Origin: a virus
Direction: 5' to 3' (one strand)
Length of the DNA: 64,000 nucleotides
IMG/VR virus record: IMGVR_UViG_3300045988_005351
Coordinates: 1-64,000 of that record
Shown here: piece after piece, positions 6,449 to 15,846 of the stretch
Position numbering within the stretch: the first letter of the stretch is position 1
How the letters are laid out: each line of letters starts with the position of its first letter
Made by a program: the position numbers and the translations under genes
Notes under the pieces: model-generated
Seen by the model: only the letters and a program-made list of their open reading frames with translations
Database searches by the model: none
Told to the model about the DNA's origin: nothing

Positions 6449-7164
6449 TAGAGTTTGGACTTAAAAGAGCCAGAAATGGTAAGAAATCAAGATTTCTCAA
6501 GAAGTTCCCTCGTAAGAGAATACTCAATAGAGGGGATGAGAAGACTGCCTTTTGGTTCAGAAGCAATTGGATAGATGATAACTACAGGTACTTCAAGGGT
6601 AACTTGGACAAGTTCCTTAAGTCCAATGTAGGTAGACCAGTTGATAAGGTATTCTCAGAGTTCCTTGATAGGTGTAATAAATCTGCCAAGGTATATAATT
6701 TGAGGAAGAGGTTCTATGATATGTTTGAGGAGAAGTCAGAGATTGGCTGGTCAGGTGGTTTCTACATCACCAATGGCATATTGAACTACAAGAAGAGAAC
6801 CAAGAAACTTAAGTCCAAGCCTTACATTAGCATAGGTGACTATAACAGACAGATAATGCCTGATATAGTTACTCTGTGCAAACAATGTGAGTCAAGTCAT
6901 CTCAAGCAACCTGTTGGAGAGTTCAAGCTTACCTATAAGGTCCAGAAGAGAGTTTACTTAGTAGAGAGGGAGATATGGTTAAATGACCTAAAGCTTCAAG
7001 CACACTATAGGTTATGCTCTATTTATGGAGTAGGTAAGGGAGTATCTAAAAGTATATGGGACTCTCAAGACAAGATGTACAAGGCTACCTATGAGCTATG
7101 GGATGATTGGAGCTGGTCTGAACCATCTGAGTTTGTATTTATTACCAAGATTGGGAAGATATGA
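6445..7164 (+). CDS. hypothetical protein (239 aa)
   Basis: Long ATG ORF in the gene train; no motif recognised. Confidence 0.6.
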   Translation: MIEFGLKRARNGKKSRFLKKFPRKRILNRGDEKTAFWFRSNWIDDNYRYFKGNLDKFLKSNVGRPVDKVFSEFLDRCNKSAKVYNLRKRFYDMFEEKSEIGWSGGFYITNGILNYKKRTKKLKSKPYISIGDYNRQIMPDIVTLCKQCESSHLKQPVGEFKLTYKVQKRVYLVEREIWLNDLKLQAHYRLCSIYGVGKGVSKSIWDSQDKMYKATYELWDDWSWSEPSEFVFITKIGKI

Positions 7165-7361
7165 AGAAAGGTCTTACAGTAGTAATATTGTTCATAATGT
7201 GTATGGCTATACTGACAGGTTGCCTCAACCTAATATCAGCACCCAACACTACAGAGAACATATTGGGAGTAGTGATACTGGCTGTCACTATGATAACAAC
7301 AGTAAATCTAATCAAGAGTCAAGTTCAAAAAGATGACAGAAGAGAAGATAAAGCAGGGTGA
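7161..7361 (+). CDS. small membrane protein (66 aa)
   Basis: Two hydrophobic helices (VVILFIMCMAILTGC, VVILAVTMITTV); ATGA overlap. Confidence 0.45.
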   Translation: MKKGLTVVILFIMCMAILTGCLNLISAPNTTENILGVVILAVTMITTVNLIKSQVQKDDRREDKAG

Positions 7362-7566
7362 GGAGTTGCTCAAGAAGTTGAACCATCTCAAAGACCAGAA
7401 GAGGAGATGGGAAAGAGCAGTTGGCTTTTCTAGACCTGAGGTCAAGGACAGTCATGGATATGATGGTAGGGGCAATACCTACAGTATAGATGACTCCTTT
7501 ATCAACTTTGATGAGGTAAAGCTACTCGCCATAGCTAAGATTGACAGAAGAATTGATGAGCTGTAA
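7333..7566 (+). CDS. hypothetical coiled-coil protein (77 aa)
   Basis: ATG ORF with a charged heptad-like N-terminus. Confidence 0.4.
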   Translation: MTEEKIKQGEELLKKLNHLKDQKRRWERAVGFSRPEVKDSHGYDGRGNTYSIDDSFINFDEVKLLAIAKIDRRIDEL

Positions 7567-7598
7567 GTGTTTAACAAACTTAATAATTGAAAGGAGAC

Positions 7599-8384
7599 AT
7601 GAGAAGTAAGATTATGGACTTTATGTTAGCCCTGTTTGCAGTGTTCTCCATGACATCATGTATGGAGAAAGTGGATGCTGGTTGTGAAGGCATCAAGGTG
7701 AACTTGTATGGTAGTGACAAGGGAGTAGATGATGCTTCCTTGGTAACTGGTATTGTATGGTACAATCCTTGGACCACTACAGTATATGAGTACCCTACCT
7801 ATGTACAGACTATTGACTATGAGCCATTTACAATCAATGCTAAGGATGGTTCAGAGTTCACTGTAGACCCTACTATATCATTGAAGATTATTGATGGTAA
7901 ATCACCTGCTGTCTTCAAGAAATACAGGAAAGAGTTGAATGAGGTAATCAAGGGTACTCTGTATAACTATGTGAAGGATGCCTTTAGAATCCAGTTGAAT
8001 AAGTTCACCACTGATGATATTGTAAGTAAGAGGGATAGTATTGAAAATGCCATTGAGAGATACTTGACCCAAGCACTTGCCAAAGAGAGCTTCCAACTAG
8101 AACAACTCACTTCTGGACTTAAATATCCTCAAACCATTGTAGAGTCTGTGAATGCCAAGAACAAGGCTATTCAACAAGCTATGCAAGTAGAGAATGAGGT
8201 AAAAGTAGCAGAAGCTCAAGCAAAGAAACTCATTGTAGCTGCTGAGGCAGAGAAGAAAGCCAATGAATTAAGGCAACAGGCCCTCACTCCAGCTATTCTT
8301 GAGAAGATGTGGATTGAGAAATGGGATGGCAAACTCCCTGTGTATGGTCAAGTACCTACAATCTTTAAGGACATTAGCAAATGA
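7599..8384 (+). CDS. SPFH/band-7 (prohibitin-like) domain lipoprotein
   Basis: ATG at 7599 preceded by aaggag (the ORF-track start 7587 is TTG). Signal peptide ending FSMTSC. SPFH-like core plus an Ala/Glu-rich coiled coil (VKVAEAQAKKLIVAAEAEKKANEL). Confidence 0.6.
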   Translation: MRSKIMDFMLALFAVFSMTSCMEKVDAGCEGIKVNLYGSDKGVDDASLVTGIVWYNPWTTTVYEYPTYVQTIDYEPFTINAKDGSEFTVDPTISLKIIDGKSPAVFKKYRKELNEVIKGTLYNYVKDAFRIQLNKFTTDDIVSKRDSIENAIERYLTQALAKESFQLEQLTSGLKYPQTIVESVNAKNKAIQQAMQVENEVKVAEAQAKKLIVAAEAEKKANELRQQALTPAILEKMWIEKWDGKLPVYGQVPTIFKDISK

Positions 8385-8707
8385 GTTGGGTAATATCAAG
8401 GATAGTGTTCCTCTTAATAACCATCTGGATGTTAAGGGGAACCACCTTTGCCTCCTATACTGGGAGGCATAAGGAGGATGAGTTCAATATGACGTTATGG
8501 GTATTGCTCATCATGTATCTGCTCTTCTTGATACCTTACTGTGGAGTATTGTTCTTCATTGCATGGGTTGTATGGTTCTGTATATGGTCTTTTGCCAAAC
8601 CTCATGGTAGTTACAATAAGTATGTACTTATTACCCTATCAGAGAAGAACAGGCTACATAAGGTGTTTAGAGCTATTTATAACTTCGTAACAAAGCAGAT
8701 AAAATGA
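8381..8707 (+). CDS. multi-pass membrane protein (108 aa), holin-like
   Basis: About three hydrophobic helices; ATGA coupling on both sides, between the SPFH gene and the glycosidase gene. Confidence 0.45.
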   Translation: MSWVISRIVFLLITIWMLRGTTFASYTGRHKEDEFNMTLWVLLIMYLLFLIPYCGVLFFIAWVVWFCIWSFAKPHGSYNKYVLITLSEKNRLHKVFRAIYNFVTKQIK

Positions 8708-9189
8708 GAAATAAGTTATCCATCCTTATAAGTGTAGTCTACTATCTTGGGGTACTGGTATGGTTATCAGTTCTTACCCACAAGGTAAATGACTTGAGCA
8801 AACCACCCAGTATTGAGTTTGAGTTGAAGCTCAATGACTCAGAGTTTATGAAAGACTGGGATGCTAGTGACAGCACTATGCTCAGAGCTTGTGAGTACTA
8901 TGGTGTCAAGCACCCTAGGATAGTCACAGCTCAAGCCATACTTGAGTCTGGTAATTTCAAGTCTGAGTTATTTAGGAAGTATAACAATCCCTTTGGTCTC
9001 TACAATAGTAAGAAGAAGGATTACTTCAAGTTCAAGCATTGGACAGATGCAATAGTAGCCTATATCTCTATGGTAGAGTACAAGTATAAGGGAGGAGACT
9101 ATTACAGGTTTCTTGAAAGGCTTCCTTATGCAGGTGATAAGAGATACATATATAAAGTAAAAGCAATAGAAAGTAATTTACCCCTGTAG
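8704..9189 (+). CDS. GH73-type N-acetylglucosaminidase (endolysin candidate) with N-terminal membrane anchor
   Basis: TAQAILESGNFKSELFRKYNNPFGL matches the glucosaminidase (FlgJ/LytD) catalytic block; N-terminal helix LSILISVVYYLGVLVWLSVL. Confidence 0.65.
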   Translation: MRNKLSILISVVYYLGVLVWLSVLTHKVNDLSKPPSIEFELKLNDSEFMKDWDASDSTMLRACEYYGVKHPRIVTAQAILESGNFKSELFRKYNNPFGLYNSKKKDYFKFKHWTDAIVAYISMVEYKYKGGDYYRFLERLPYAGDKRYIYKVKAIESNLPL

Positions 9190-9191
9190 AT

Positions 9192-10376
9192 ATGAATAGA
9201 GAAGATGCAAGAGAAGAGATATTGAGATTGGCCAATAAGGCAATACTCTTGGAACTCCCAACTGGCTATGGTAAGTCATTGATGGGTATGGACTTATGCT
9301 TGAGAGATAATCCTCACAGCATTCTTATAGTAGTACCTAGAGTTGTTCTTATACAGAACTGGAAGGATGAGTTTAAGAAGTGGGGAAATGATGAGTACCT
9401 AGACAGAGTTACATTCAGTACTTATGCTGGGTTACACAAAGTTCCTGATATTCGAGGACACTTTAACTGTGTCATATTGGATGAAGCTCATCACATAACT
9501 CCTAGAGTTCAGGATTTGCTTACCTATATAACATATGACAAGATAATCATGTTGTCAGCTACAGTCAAGAGAGACCTCAAGTATGACTTGAAGGATATGT
9601 TTCCTAACTTATATTGTTATAAGGTGAACATGAAGGAAGCTATAGAGAATGAAGTCCTTCCTGACCCTATGGTCTATCTGTTACCTCTTACTCTTGATAG
9701 CAGATATAATTCAGAGAAGATAGTGAAGCACAGTAGTGGTAAAACCTCAGTGACTTGCTCCTATAAGGATAGGTGGAACTACCTGAAAAACAAGAACATC
9801 AAGTTGACTATTGAGTGTACTCAGCTCCAGAAGAGTGTTGAATTGGATAATGAGATAAACTTCTGGAAGGATAAGTACATGAGAACTAGGAATGAGATGT
9901 TCAAGAACAAGTGGTTACATCTCGCAGGTCAGAGGTTGAAGTGGTTGTCAAACCTAAAGAACCCTGTTGTGCTTAGTCTGCTGGCTCTATTCAGGAATGA
10001 GAGAGTATTAACTTTCTGTAACTCCATAGACCAGACCATTGAACTGGGTAGGAACTGTATCAACAGTAAGAACAAGGATGCAGTGAAAGTGCTTGAGTCC
10101 TTCAATAAGGGAGAGATAAGGCATATCACAGCTTGTAATATGCTCAATGAGGGTATGAACTTGTCTAACTGTAGGATAGGTATATATGCCAATCTCAATA
10201 GTTCAGAGATAATCATCAAGCAAAGGCTTGGTAGAATACTAAGGCATAAGAACCCAGTGATAGTGATACCTTTCTATAAGGGTACTAGGGAAAAGGAGTT
10301 AGTTGCTAAGATGCTTGAGGATTACAATCCTCAGTTGATTCATACAGTAGAAAACATAACTGACATAAAGATATGA
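9192..10376 (+). CDS. SF2 DEAH-box helicase
   Basis: Walker A PTGYGKS, DEAH box ILDEAHH, SAT-like MLSAT, C-terminal helicase motif QRLGRILR. Confidence 0.75.
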   Translation: MNREDAREEILRLANKAILLELPTGYGKSLMGMDLCLRDNPHSILIVVPRVVLIQNWKDEFKKWGNDEYLDRVTFSTYAGLHKVPDIRGHFNCVILDEAHHITPRVQDLLTYITYDKIIMLSATVKRDLKYDLKDMFPNLYCYKVNMKEAIENEVLPDPMVYLLPLTLDSRYNSEKIVKHSSGKTSVTCSYKDRWNYLKNKNIKLTIECTQLQKSVELDNEINFWKDKYMRTRNEMFKNKWLHLAGQRLKWLSNLKNPVVLSLLALFRNERVLTFCNSIDQTIELGRNCINSKNKDAVKVLESFNKGEIRHITACNMLNEGMNLSNCRIGIYANLNSSEIIIKQRLGRILRHKNPVIVIPFYKGTREKELVAKMLEDYNPQLIHTVENITDIKI

Positions 10377-10774
10377 GAAATAGAGTTTTGATTGAGAAGT
10401 CCACATTCCATGTGGATGAGGCAAACAAGGTAGTGGTATGTGTACTTGAGTGTAATATGCAGCTTTATAAGCATCCTGCTTGGAATGCTATTGACTATGA
10501 TATGCTCAAGAAACTTCCCTATGTAGATTGTCATGGTAGATTTACTACCAAGGCTAAGGCAAGATGCAATGCCACTGACACATTTGATGTTGAGACTGGT
10601 AAGATGATTGCTGAGAGCAGGGCTAAAGCCAAGATGTTCAATATCTCAAGCAGGGCATATAAGCTCTGTGCAGATGCTCTGACAAAGTTGGCAAAGGAAT
10701 GTAGTAACTCATCTGTAGCTTGTGAGCAGGCTATGATGATTGAGAATGACCATGTTCTTGAGCTGACTAGATAA
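10373..10774 (+). CDS. hypothetical protein (133 aa)
   Basis: ATGA-coupled ORF; no motif recognised. Confidence 0.5.
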   Translation: MRNRVLIEKSTFHVDEANKVVVCVLECNMQLYKHPAWNAIDYDMLKKLPYVDCHGRFTTKAKARCNATDTFDVETGKMIAESRAKAKMFNISSRAYKLCADALTKLAKECSNSSVACEQAMMIENDHVLELTR

Positions 10775-10783
10775 GGAGGAACT

Positions 10784-11374
10784 ATGGCAAAGCTAACTGA
10801 TAAGGCATGTAAGAAACATGGTCTGCTACTTAGTGAGGGTATGGCTTTGCTTGCTATCAGTACTACCACTGATGAAACATACAGGTCATTAGTTAGTAAG
10901 GGGTTAATCACTAAGGCTAATGGTACTATGCAATCCTTGAACAGGAAGTATAGTGCTACTGAGAAAGGCATAGCCTTGGCTGATGAACTTCTTGCTGACA
11001 GTGAGGAGAGTATAGTTATTAAGGAGGATGGTATCAAAGAGCTTGCTGATAAGCTCAGAGAGATATATCCTGAGGGTAAGATGGCTGGTACATCCTATTA
11101 CTACAGATGTAATAGAGCTGATATAGTCAGAAAGCTCAAGTCTTTCTTTAGGAGATATGGAGAATATACTCCTGAACAGATTATAGAAGCTACCCAAAGA
11201 TATGTAGCATCCTTCAATGGTAACTATACCTACCTGCGACTCTTGAAGTACTTCATCTGGAAGGATGAGAACAAGGATGGAGAGACATTGCAAGTCTCAC
11301 AATTAGCAGATTGGATTGAGAACAAGGGTAGTGTAAACCCCTCAAACTCTGATTGGACAACTAGCTTGAACTGA
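10784..11374 (+). CDS. hypothetical protein (196 aa)
   Basis: ATG ORF directly upstream of the helicase; no motif recognised. Confidence 0.55.
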   Translation: MAKLTDKACKKHGLLLSEGMALLAISTTTDETYRSLVSKGLITKANGTMQSLNRKYSATEKGIALADELLADSEESIVIKEDGIKELADKLREIYPEGKMAGTSYYYRCNRADIVRKLKSFFRRYGEYTPEQIIEATQRYVASFNGNYTYLRLLKYFIWKDENKDGETLQVSQLADWIENKGSVNPSNSDWTTSLN

Positions 11375-11375
11375 T

Positions 11376-11536
11376 ATGGATGTATTTGACAGGTCAATAG
11401 AGAAGCTTAAGGTTAGGAGACAAAGGATATTGGATGGGCAGATTAACTGTATTCCATTACCTTTCCCTAGATTGAGAACCTGGTTGCCAGGTATTGAGAA
11501 AAGAAGATATACTATAGTTACTGCAAACCAGAAGAT
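11376..11536 (+). CDS. DnaB-family replicative helicase, exon 1
   Basis: MDVFDRSIEKLKV...YTIVTANQKI ends in the first half of a Walker A motif (A-N-Q-K-I). The unspliced frame stops at 11547-11549. Confidence 0.7.
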
Positions 11537-11585
11537 AAAGGCTAAGTAATTCGTTTATTCTCTTGTAAGTTTGGAAATATTGTTT

Positions 11586-11593
11586 TATATTTG
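11586..11593 (+). promoter_or_regulatory. Bacteroides-type -7 box TAtaTTTG ahead of the intron ORF
   Basis: Exact TAnnTTTG match 20 nt upstream of the ATG at 11614. Confidence 0.3.
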
Positions 11594-11613
11594 TAGTAGT
11601 AAATTAAAGCAAT

Positions 11614-12252
11614 ATGGATAAAATTACAAAAGAATTAAAGGTATCAGGTATTTATTGTATTGAAAATATCACTAATCATAAAACCTACATAGGTAGTTCC
11701 AAGAATATCTATCAAAGATTACTTAAACATTTTGCTCTATTAAGGCACAATAAGCATCAGAATGCTCATTTGCAGAGTGCTTGGAATAAGTATGGAGAAA
11801 GTAGTTTTAGGTGGTTTATTCTAGAATTATGCGATAGTGTGGAACTTACAGAGAAGGAGCAATATTGTATAGATTTATTTGGGGCAGAGTATAATATTAC
11901 TAGAATAATAGAGAGAAATATTTTGTCCAGAGAGTCTAGAATAAAGCAAGGAGAGACTAGGAGAAGGTTACATCAAGAGGGAAAACTTGAATGGAACTTC
12001 AATCCAGTTACTCTGTATGTTTATGATTTAGAAGGTAAGCTATTGTTTAGTAACCCTTTAGGACTTAAAGATACTGCTAGGAGATTAGGTATATCTCCTT
12101 CAAGTATTTGTAGAGTTACTAATGGTACTTATCAGCAGTGTAAAGGATATAGGTTTTCTTATAAACTGGAGACCTTACTACCTCTAAATATTAAATCAAT
12201 ACAACAAAATACTAAGTATCAGAATTATATGCAATGTCGTGTAACAGAGTAA
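11614..12252 (+). CDS. GIY-YIG homing endonuclease
   Basis: GIYCIENITNHKTYIGSSKNIYQRL ... N-terminal GIY-YIG module. C-terminal helix-turn-helix-like tail (LGISPSSICRVTNG...GYRFSY). Confidence 0.8.
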   Translation: MDKITKELKVSGIYCIENITNHKTYIGSSKNIYQRLLKHFALLRHNKHQNAHLQSAWNKYGESSFRWFILELCDSVELTEKEQYCIDLFGAEYNITRIIERNILSRESRIKQGETRRRLHQEGKLEWNFNPVTLYVYDLEGKLLFSNPLGLKDTARRLGISPSSICRVTNGTYQQCKGYRFSYKLETLLPLNIKSIQQNTKYQNYMQCRVTE

Positions 12253-12447
12253 TCTGTTATATTATTACTCCTGAATATCCTCGAAGCTTTTATAGGAAAC
12301 TATAATGGTAACTTGAGGAGGCATAGTGGGTAAAGCTACAGCCCCAGAGACTAGATGCAGGAGTGCCCTAATAGTAAGGCTAAGGGTAAAGAAATAGTCC
12401 AGACCACAAACAAGTAATTACTTGGTAGTGAAAACTATAGTGGTATG

Positions 12448-13510
12448 AGGTAAGTCAAAGCTGAGTGACTATCTGTATGTCTATGAGCCTTTCTTCTATA
12501 TGATAGAGCATCCAGACCAGTTAAGGTTCAAGGTGCTTTACTTCACTCTTGAAATGGGTAGGGAAGAGAAGTTCTATGAGTTTCTCTGCCACCTGTTATA
12601 TAGATTGGATAACATAAGGATAAGCCCTACTAATCTTAAGAGTACTAATGCTGACAATCCTTGTCCTGAGCATATACTTGAACTCATTGAGAGTGAGAGG
12701 TATCAGGAGTATATAAGGAGGTTCAAGGAGACTGTCATCTATATAGATGATATAAGGAATCCTACTGGTATCTATAAGAGAATCAGAGGGTTTATGCTTG
12801 AGAGAGGTCAGTTCCACTACAAGAAAGGTACTGTTAAGGATGAGAATGGTCTACCTATGGAGGTAGATGTCATTGATTACTTTGAACATGCTGATGAAGA
12901 TGAGTATATAGAAGTAATCCTTGATAACTATTCCAATCTAATGCAAGAGCAAGGTATGGATAAGAGAGCTGCCATTGAGAAGATGAGTAAGTATGCCATT
13001 GAACTCAGGGATAAGTTTGATATTCATTTCTGTGCTATCCAGCATCAGGCTCAAGCTCAGGAAGGTATTGAGAATCAGAAGCTCAATAAGCTATATCCAT
13101 CATCAGATGGTCTGGCTGACTGTAAGACTACCACTAGGGATGCTAATCTGGTATTAGGTCTGTTCAGTCCATTCAAGTATGGACTTACAGAATATGAGAA
13201 GTATGACATAACCAGATTCAAGAACAACATCAGGTTCTTATTAGTCATTGAAGATAGGGACAATGGTGCAGGTGGTCAAGTATGTCCATTGCTCTTTGAT
13301 GGTGAGGTAAGTAGCTTCTGTGAATTACCTCTTCCTGACAATAAGAGGGAGATTGAGTCAGCACTACAGTATGTAGAGCAAGTCATAAGAAGGAGGGCTA
13401 CTCCAGTATTTATGATGTTCATAAGAGAGTTCTCAAGAGAGAAAAGAAAAGTAGTTAAAGGCTCGCACAGATGGTTCAATAGAAGTATCTTTGCAAACAG
13501 AAACAAGTAA
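12448..13510 (+). CDS. DnaB-family replicative helicase, exon 2
   Basis: The frame is open from 12449 (GKSKLSDYLY...). DnaB/RecA-fold motifs are present: FTLEM, VILDNYSNL and AIQHQAQA. Confidence 0.7.
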
Positions 13511-13516
13511 AGTAAT

Positions 13517-14257
13517 ATGGCAAAAGCATTGATTTTAGCTAAAACTGGGTTTGGTAAATCCAGTTCATTGGTTGGTGTGCCTTCTGCTGGCATATTAGGC
13601 TTGAACCCTAAGGAGACTTATCTCCTTAGTTGTGTTAATAAGCCTCTGCCTATCAAAGGTGCATCTAAGATTTATATGCCTGTACCTATGCAGGGTGTTA
13701 CTCCTGCCAACTTAGGTTCAGTCATAGGTAAGGGCAACAGGATTATCACCAAGGATGCCAAGATTGTAGCTGCTGCTATAGAGTTGTTAATCAACTCACC
13801 TTTCAAGAACATAGTGGTTGATGATATGAACTATCTATCACAGGACTACTATATGAAGAATGCCATGAAAGGTGGTTGGGACACTCCTAAGCAGATAGGT
13901 TACAACATGGGTCTTATCTTTGACCAGATTGACAATGTGCCTGAGGATAAGAACATTATCTGTATGGCTCACTTTGAGACCTACAAGGATAAGAATGGTG
14001 ACTCTATCTCTTACAAGTACAAATCAACTGGTAACATGGTTGATGAGTACATTACCCCAGAAGGTAAGTTTGAGACAGTACTCTTTGGAAAGATGTCTTG
14101 GGATGATACAGCTAAGGTAGCTGTAAGGCAGTTTGTAACCAATAATGATGGTGAATATCCTGCCAAGAGTCCTGTTGGTATGTTTGAATCCCTGTATATT
14201 CCTAATGACTTGGGTATAGTAGCTCAGAAGATGCAGGAGTACTATGAGGGAGAATGA
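13517..14257 (+). CDS. P-loop ATPase (AAA_24/Sak4-like)
   Basis: Walker A LILAKTGFGKSSS and Walker B-like NIVVDDMNY; size and position are typical of phage recombination/replication ATPases. Confidence 0.55.
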   Translation: MAKALILAKTGFGKSSSLVGVPSAGILGLNPKETYLLSCVNKPLPIKGASKIYMPVPMQGVTPANLGSVIGKGNRIITKDAKIVAAAIELLINSPFKNIVVDDMNYLSQDYYMKNAMKGGWDTPKQIGYNMGLIFDQIDNVPEDKNIICMAHFETYKDKNGDSISYKYKSTGNMVDEYITPEGKFETVLFGKMSWDDTAKVAVRQFVTNNDGEYPAKSPVGMFESLYIPNDLGIVAQKMQEYYEGE

Positions 14258-14388
14258 CCAGAGAGGAAGTAATCAGGTTAAGCTACTGGATGGTATGAGA
14301 GAAAATATGCCATAAATAAGCTGTATTCAGCACCTAATCCTATGGATTTAGGTGATGGGAGAAGAATAATCTTAATATATTAAGTAAA

Positions 14389-14859
14389 ATGAAAGAGTTA
14401 AGCAAATTTGAGATTGCAGCCATCAAGAGGACTGCACAGAATGTGAATGCAATGGTCACTAAGAAGACCAAGTTGAAGGAGAAGATTGATGCACTTCAAG
14501 CTGAGTATGACCAGATTGAAGAGGCACAGGAGCAGTTTGAAGCACCTATCAGGAAGATGACTGGTGGTTATGGTACAGAAGACCTTGTTGAAAAGGTGAT
14601 TGAGGACACTGGCAAGCTGGATAAGGATGGAAAGCCTGTTAAGCTGACCAAGTATGTCTTGAAGTACTCTGACACTATCCTTCCTCCTGCTATGGATAAT
14701 GGTGATGGTGCAGTGGATGACACTGAGAAAGCTCCTGAGGTTGAAGTACCTGCTGAGGATGCAGTTGCTATTGACCCTACAGTAGAATCTCCTCTTGCTC
14801 CTGCTATGGAGAACAAAGAGCATGGTACAGACCCTAGTGACCTTCCCTTTATGAACTAA
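14389..14859 (+). CDS. acidic protein with SSB-like C-terminal tail
   Basis: The C-terminus ...GTDPSDLPFMN resembles the acidic D-(I/L)-P-F tail of bacterial SSB; no OB fold recognisable by eye. Confidence 0.4.
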   Translation: MKELSKFEIAAIKRTAQNVNAMVTKKTKLKEKIDALQAEYDQIEEAQEQFEAPIRKMTGGYGTEDLVEKVIEDTGKLDKDGKPVKLTKYVLKYSDTILPPAMDNGDGAVDDTEKAPEVEVPAEDAVAIDPTVESPLAPAMENKEHGTDPSDLPFMN

Positions 14860-14876
14860 TCAAATAAGTGATAAAC

Positions 14877-15815
14877 ATGAAAAGAGAACCTATTTTCGCA
14901 TTTGCACAGGGCAGTGAATCTAAGGAAGTTGTAAGAAAGCTGTACATTGGTATAGCTCCTGTCTTTGTGTTGGCTGTCAATCCTAATAAGGAAGAGACAG
15001 AGAAGCTCTATAACACAGAGCTTGATGAAGCTCCTAACTATCTGAGTGAGACTGAGGTTGGTCCAGAAGGTAATAAGTCTAAAGTACCTCAGGCTAGGAT
15101 TGACTTTGTAGTCAAGTCAGATAAGGAGAAGTGCAATGGAATTGAGATGCTCACCAGAGTAACTTTCTTCCTTAACAAGGCATATAGGTATAACAAGGAC
15201 AACACCAAGGTTGAGGTAATCAACAAGTATGGTGAGACTACTTGGTTGCCTATTGGTGCAGCTAAAGATACTGAACCTATCCCTGACAACATGAAGTGGT
15301 ATGATACTTCTGACATGAGACCTGCTTATATTGGTGAGGCAGAGCTTACTGACTTCATCAAGAAGTATCTGAACATTCCCAGCAAGTCATTCACTAACCC
15401 TAAGACTAAGGAGGTTAAGTTTATTCCTAACTTGGCTGATGCTGAGGCTAGACTTGACAAGATTGAGAACTACTTCAAGGGTGACTTCACTGAGTTGAAG
15501 AACATCATCAAGTTGCAGCCCAACAACAGGGTTAAGGGTATGTTTGGTGTAAGGACTACTGATGATAATAAGCAGTATCAGGCTGTTTATGCTCAGAAGT
15601 TCCTGAAACTCAATGTTACAGACTACAGTAAACTTGATGAGGAAATGCAGAACAGAAAGGCTGCTGGGGCATATCCTACAACTGAGTTCAGCATTGAACC
15701 TCTGCATGAGTACAATGTAGCTGCAACTGATTTCAACTCACCTGAGAATGACCCATTGGGTGCAGGTTCAGCACCTGCTAGTACCCCTTGGGATGCTTGG
15801 GGTGGTAACAAGTAA
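14877..15815 (+). CDS. hypothetical protein (312 aa), possible ssDNA-binding/annealing factor
   Basis: ATG at 14877 (the ORF-track start 14868 is GTG). Function is guessed from position between the ATPase and the primase only. Confidence 0.5.
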   Translation: MKREPIFAFAQGSESKEVVRKLYIGIAPVFVLAVNPNKEETEKLYNTELDEAPNYLSETEVGPEGNKSKVPQARIDFVVKSDKEKCNGIEMLTRVTFFLNKAYRYNKDNTKVEVINKYGETTWLPIGAAKDTEPIPDNMKWYDTSDMRPAYIGEAELTDFIKKYLNIPSKSFTNPKTKEVKFIPNLADAEARLDKIENYFKGDFTELKNIIKLQPNNRVKGMFGVRTTDDNKQYQAVYAQKFLKLNVTDYSKLDEEMQNRKAAGAYPTTEFSIEPLHEYNVAATDFNSPENDPLGAGSAPASTPWDAWGGNK

Positions 15816-15846
15816 GAGTAATTAACTTTACAAACTATTAAACTGT

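Larger units (their letters stand above)
11537..12447 (+). mobile_element. group I intron carrying a GIY-YIG homing endonuclease ORF
   Basis: The exon ends in U (11536) and the intron ends in G (12447). R-like element ccagagactaga (12344-12355) and S-like element aagaaatagtcc (12389-12400). Splicing restores ANQKI-GKS. Confidence 0.7.
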
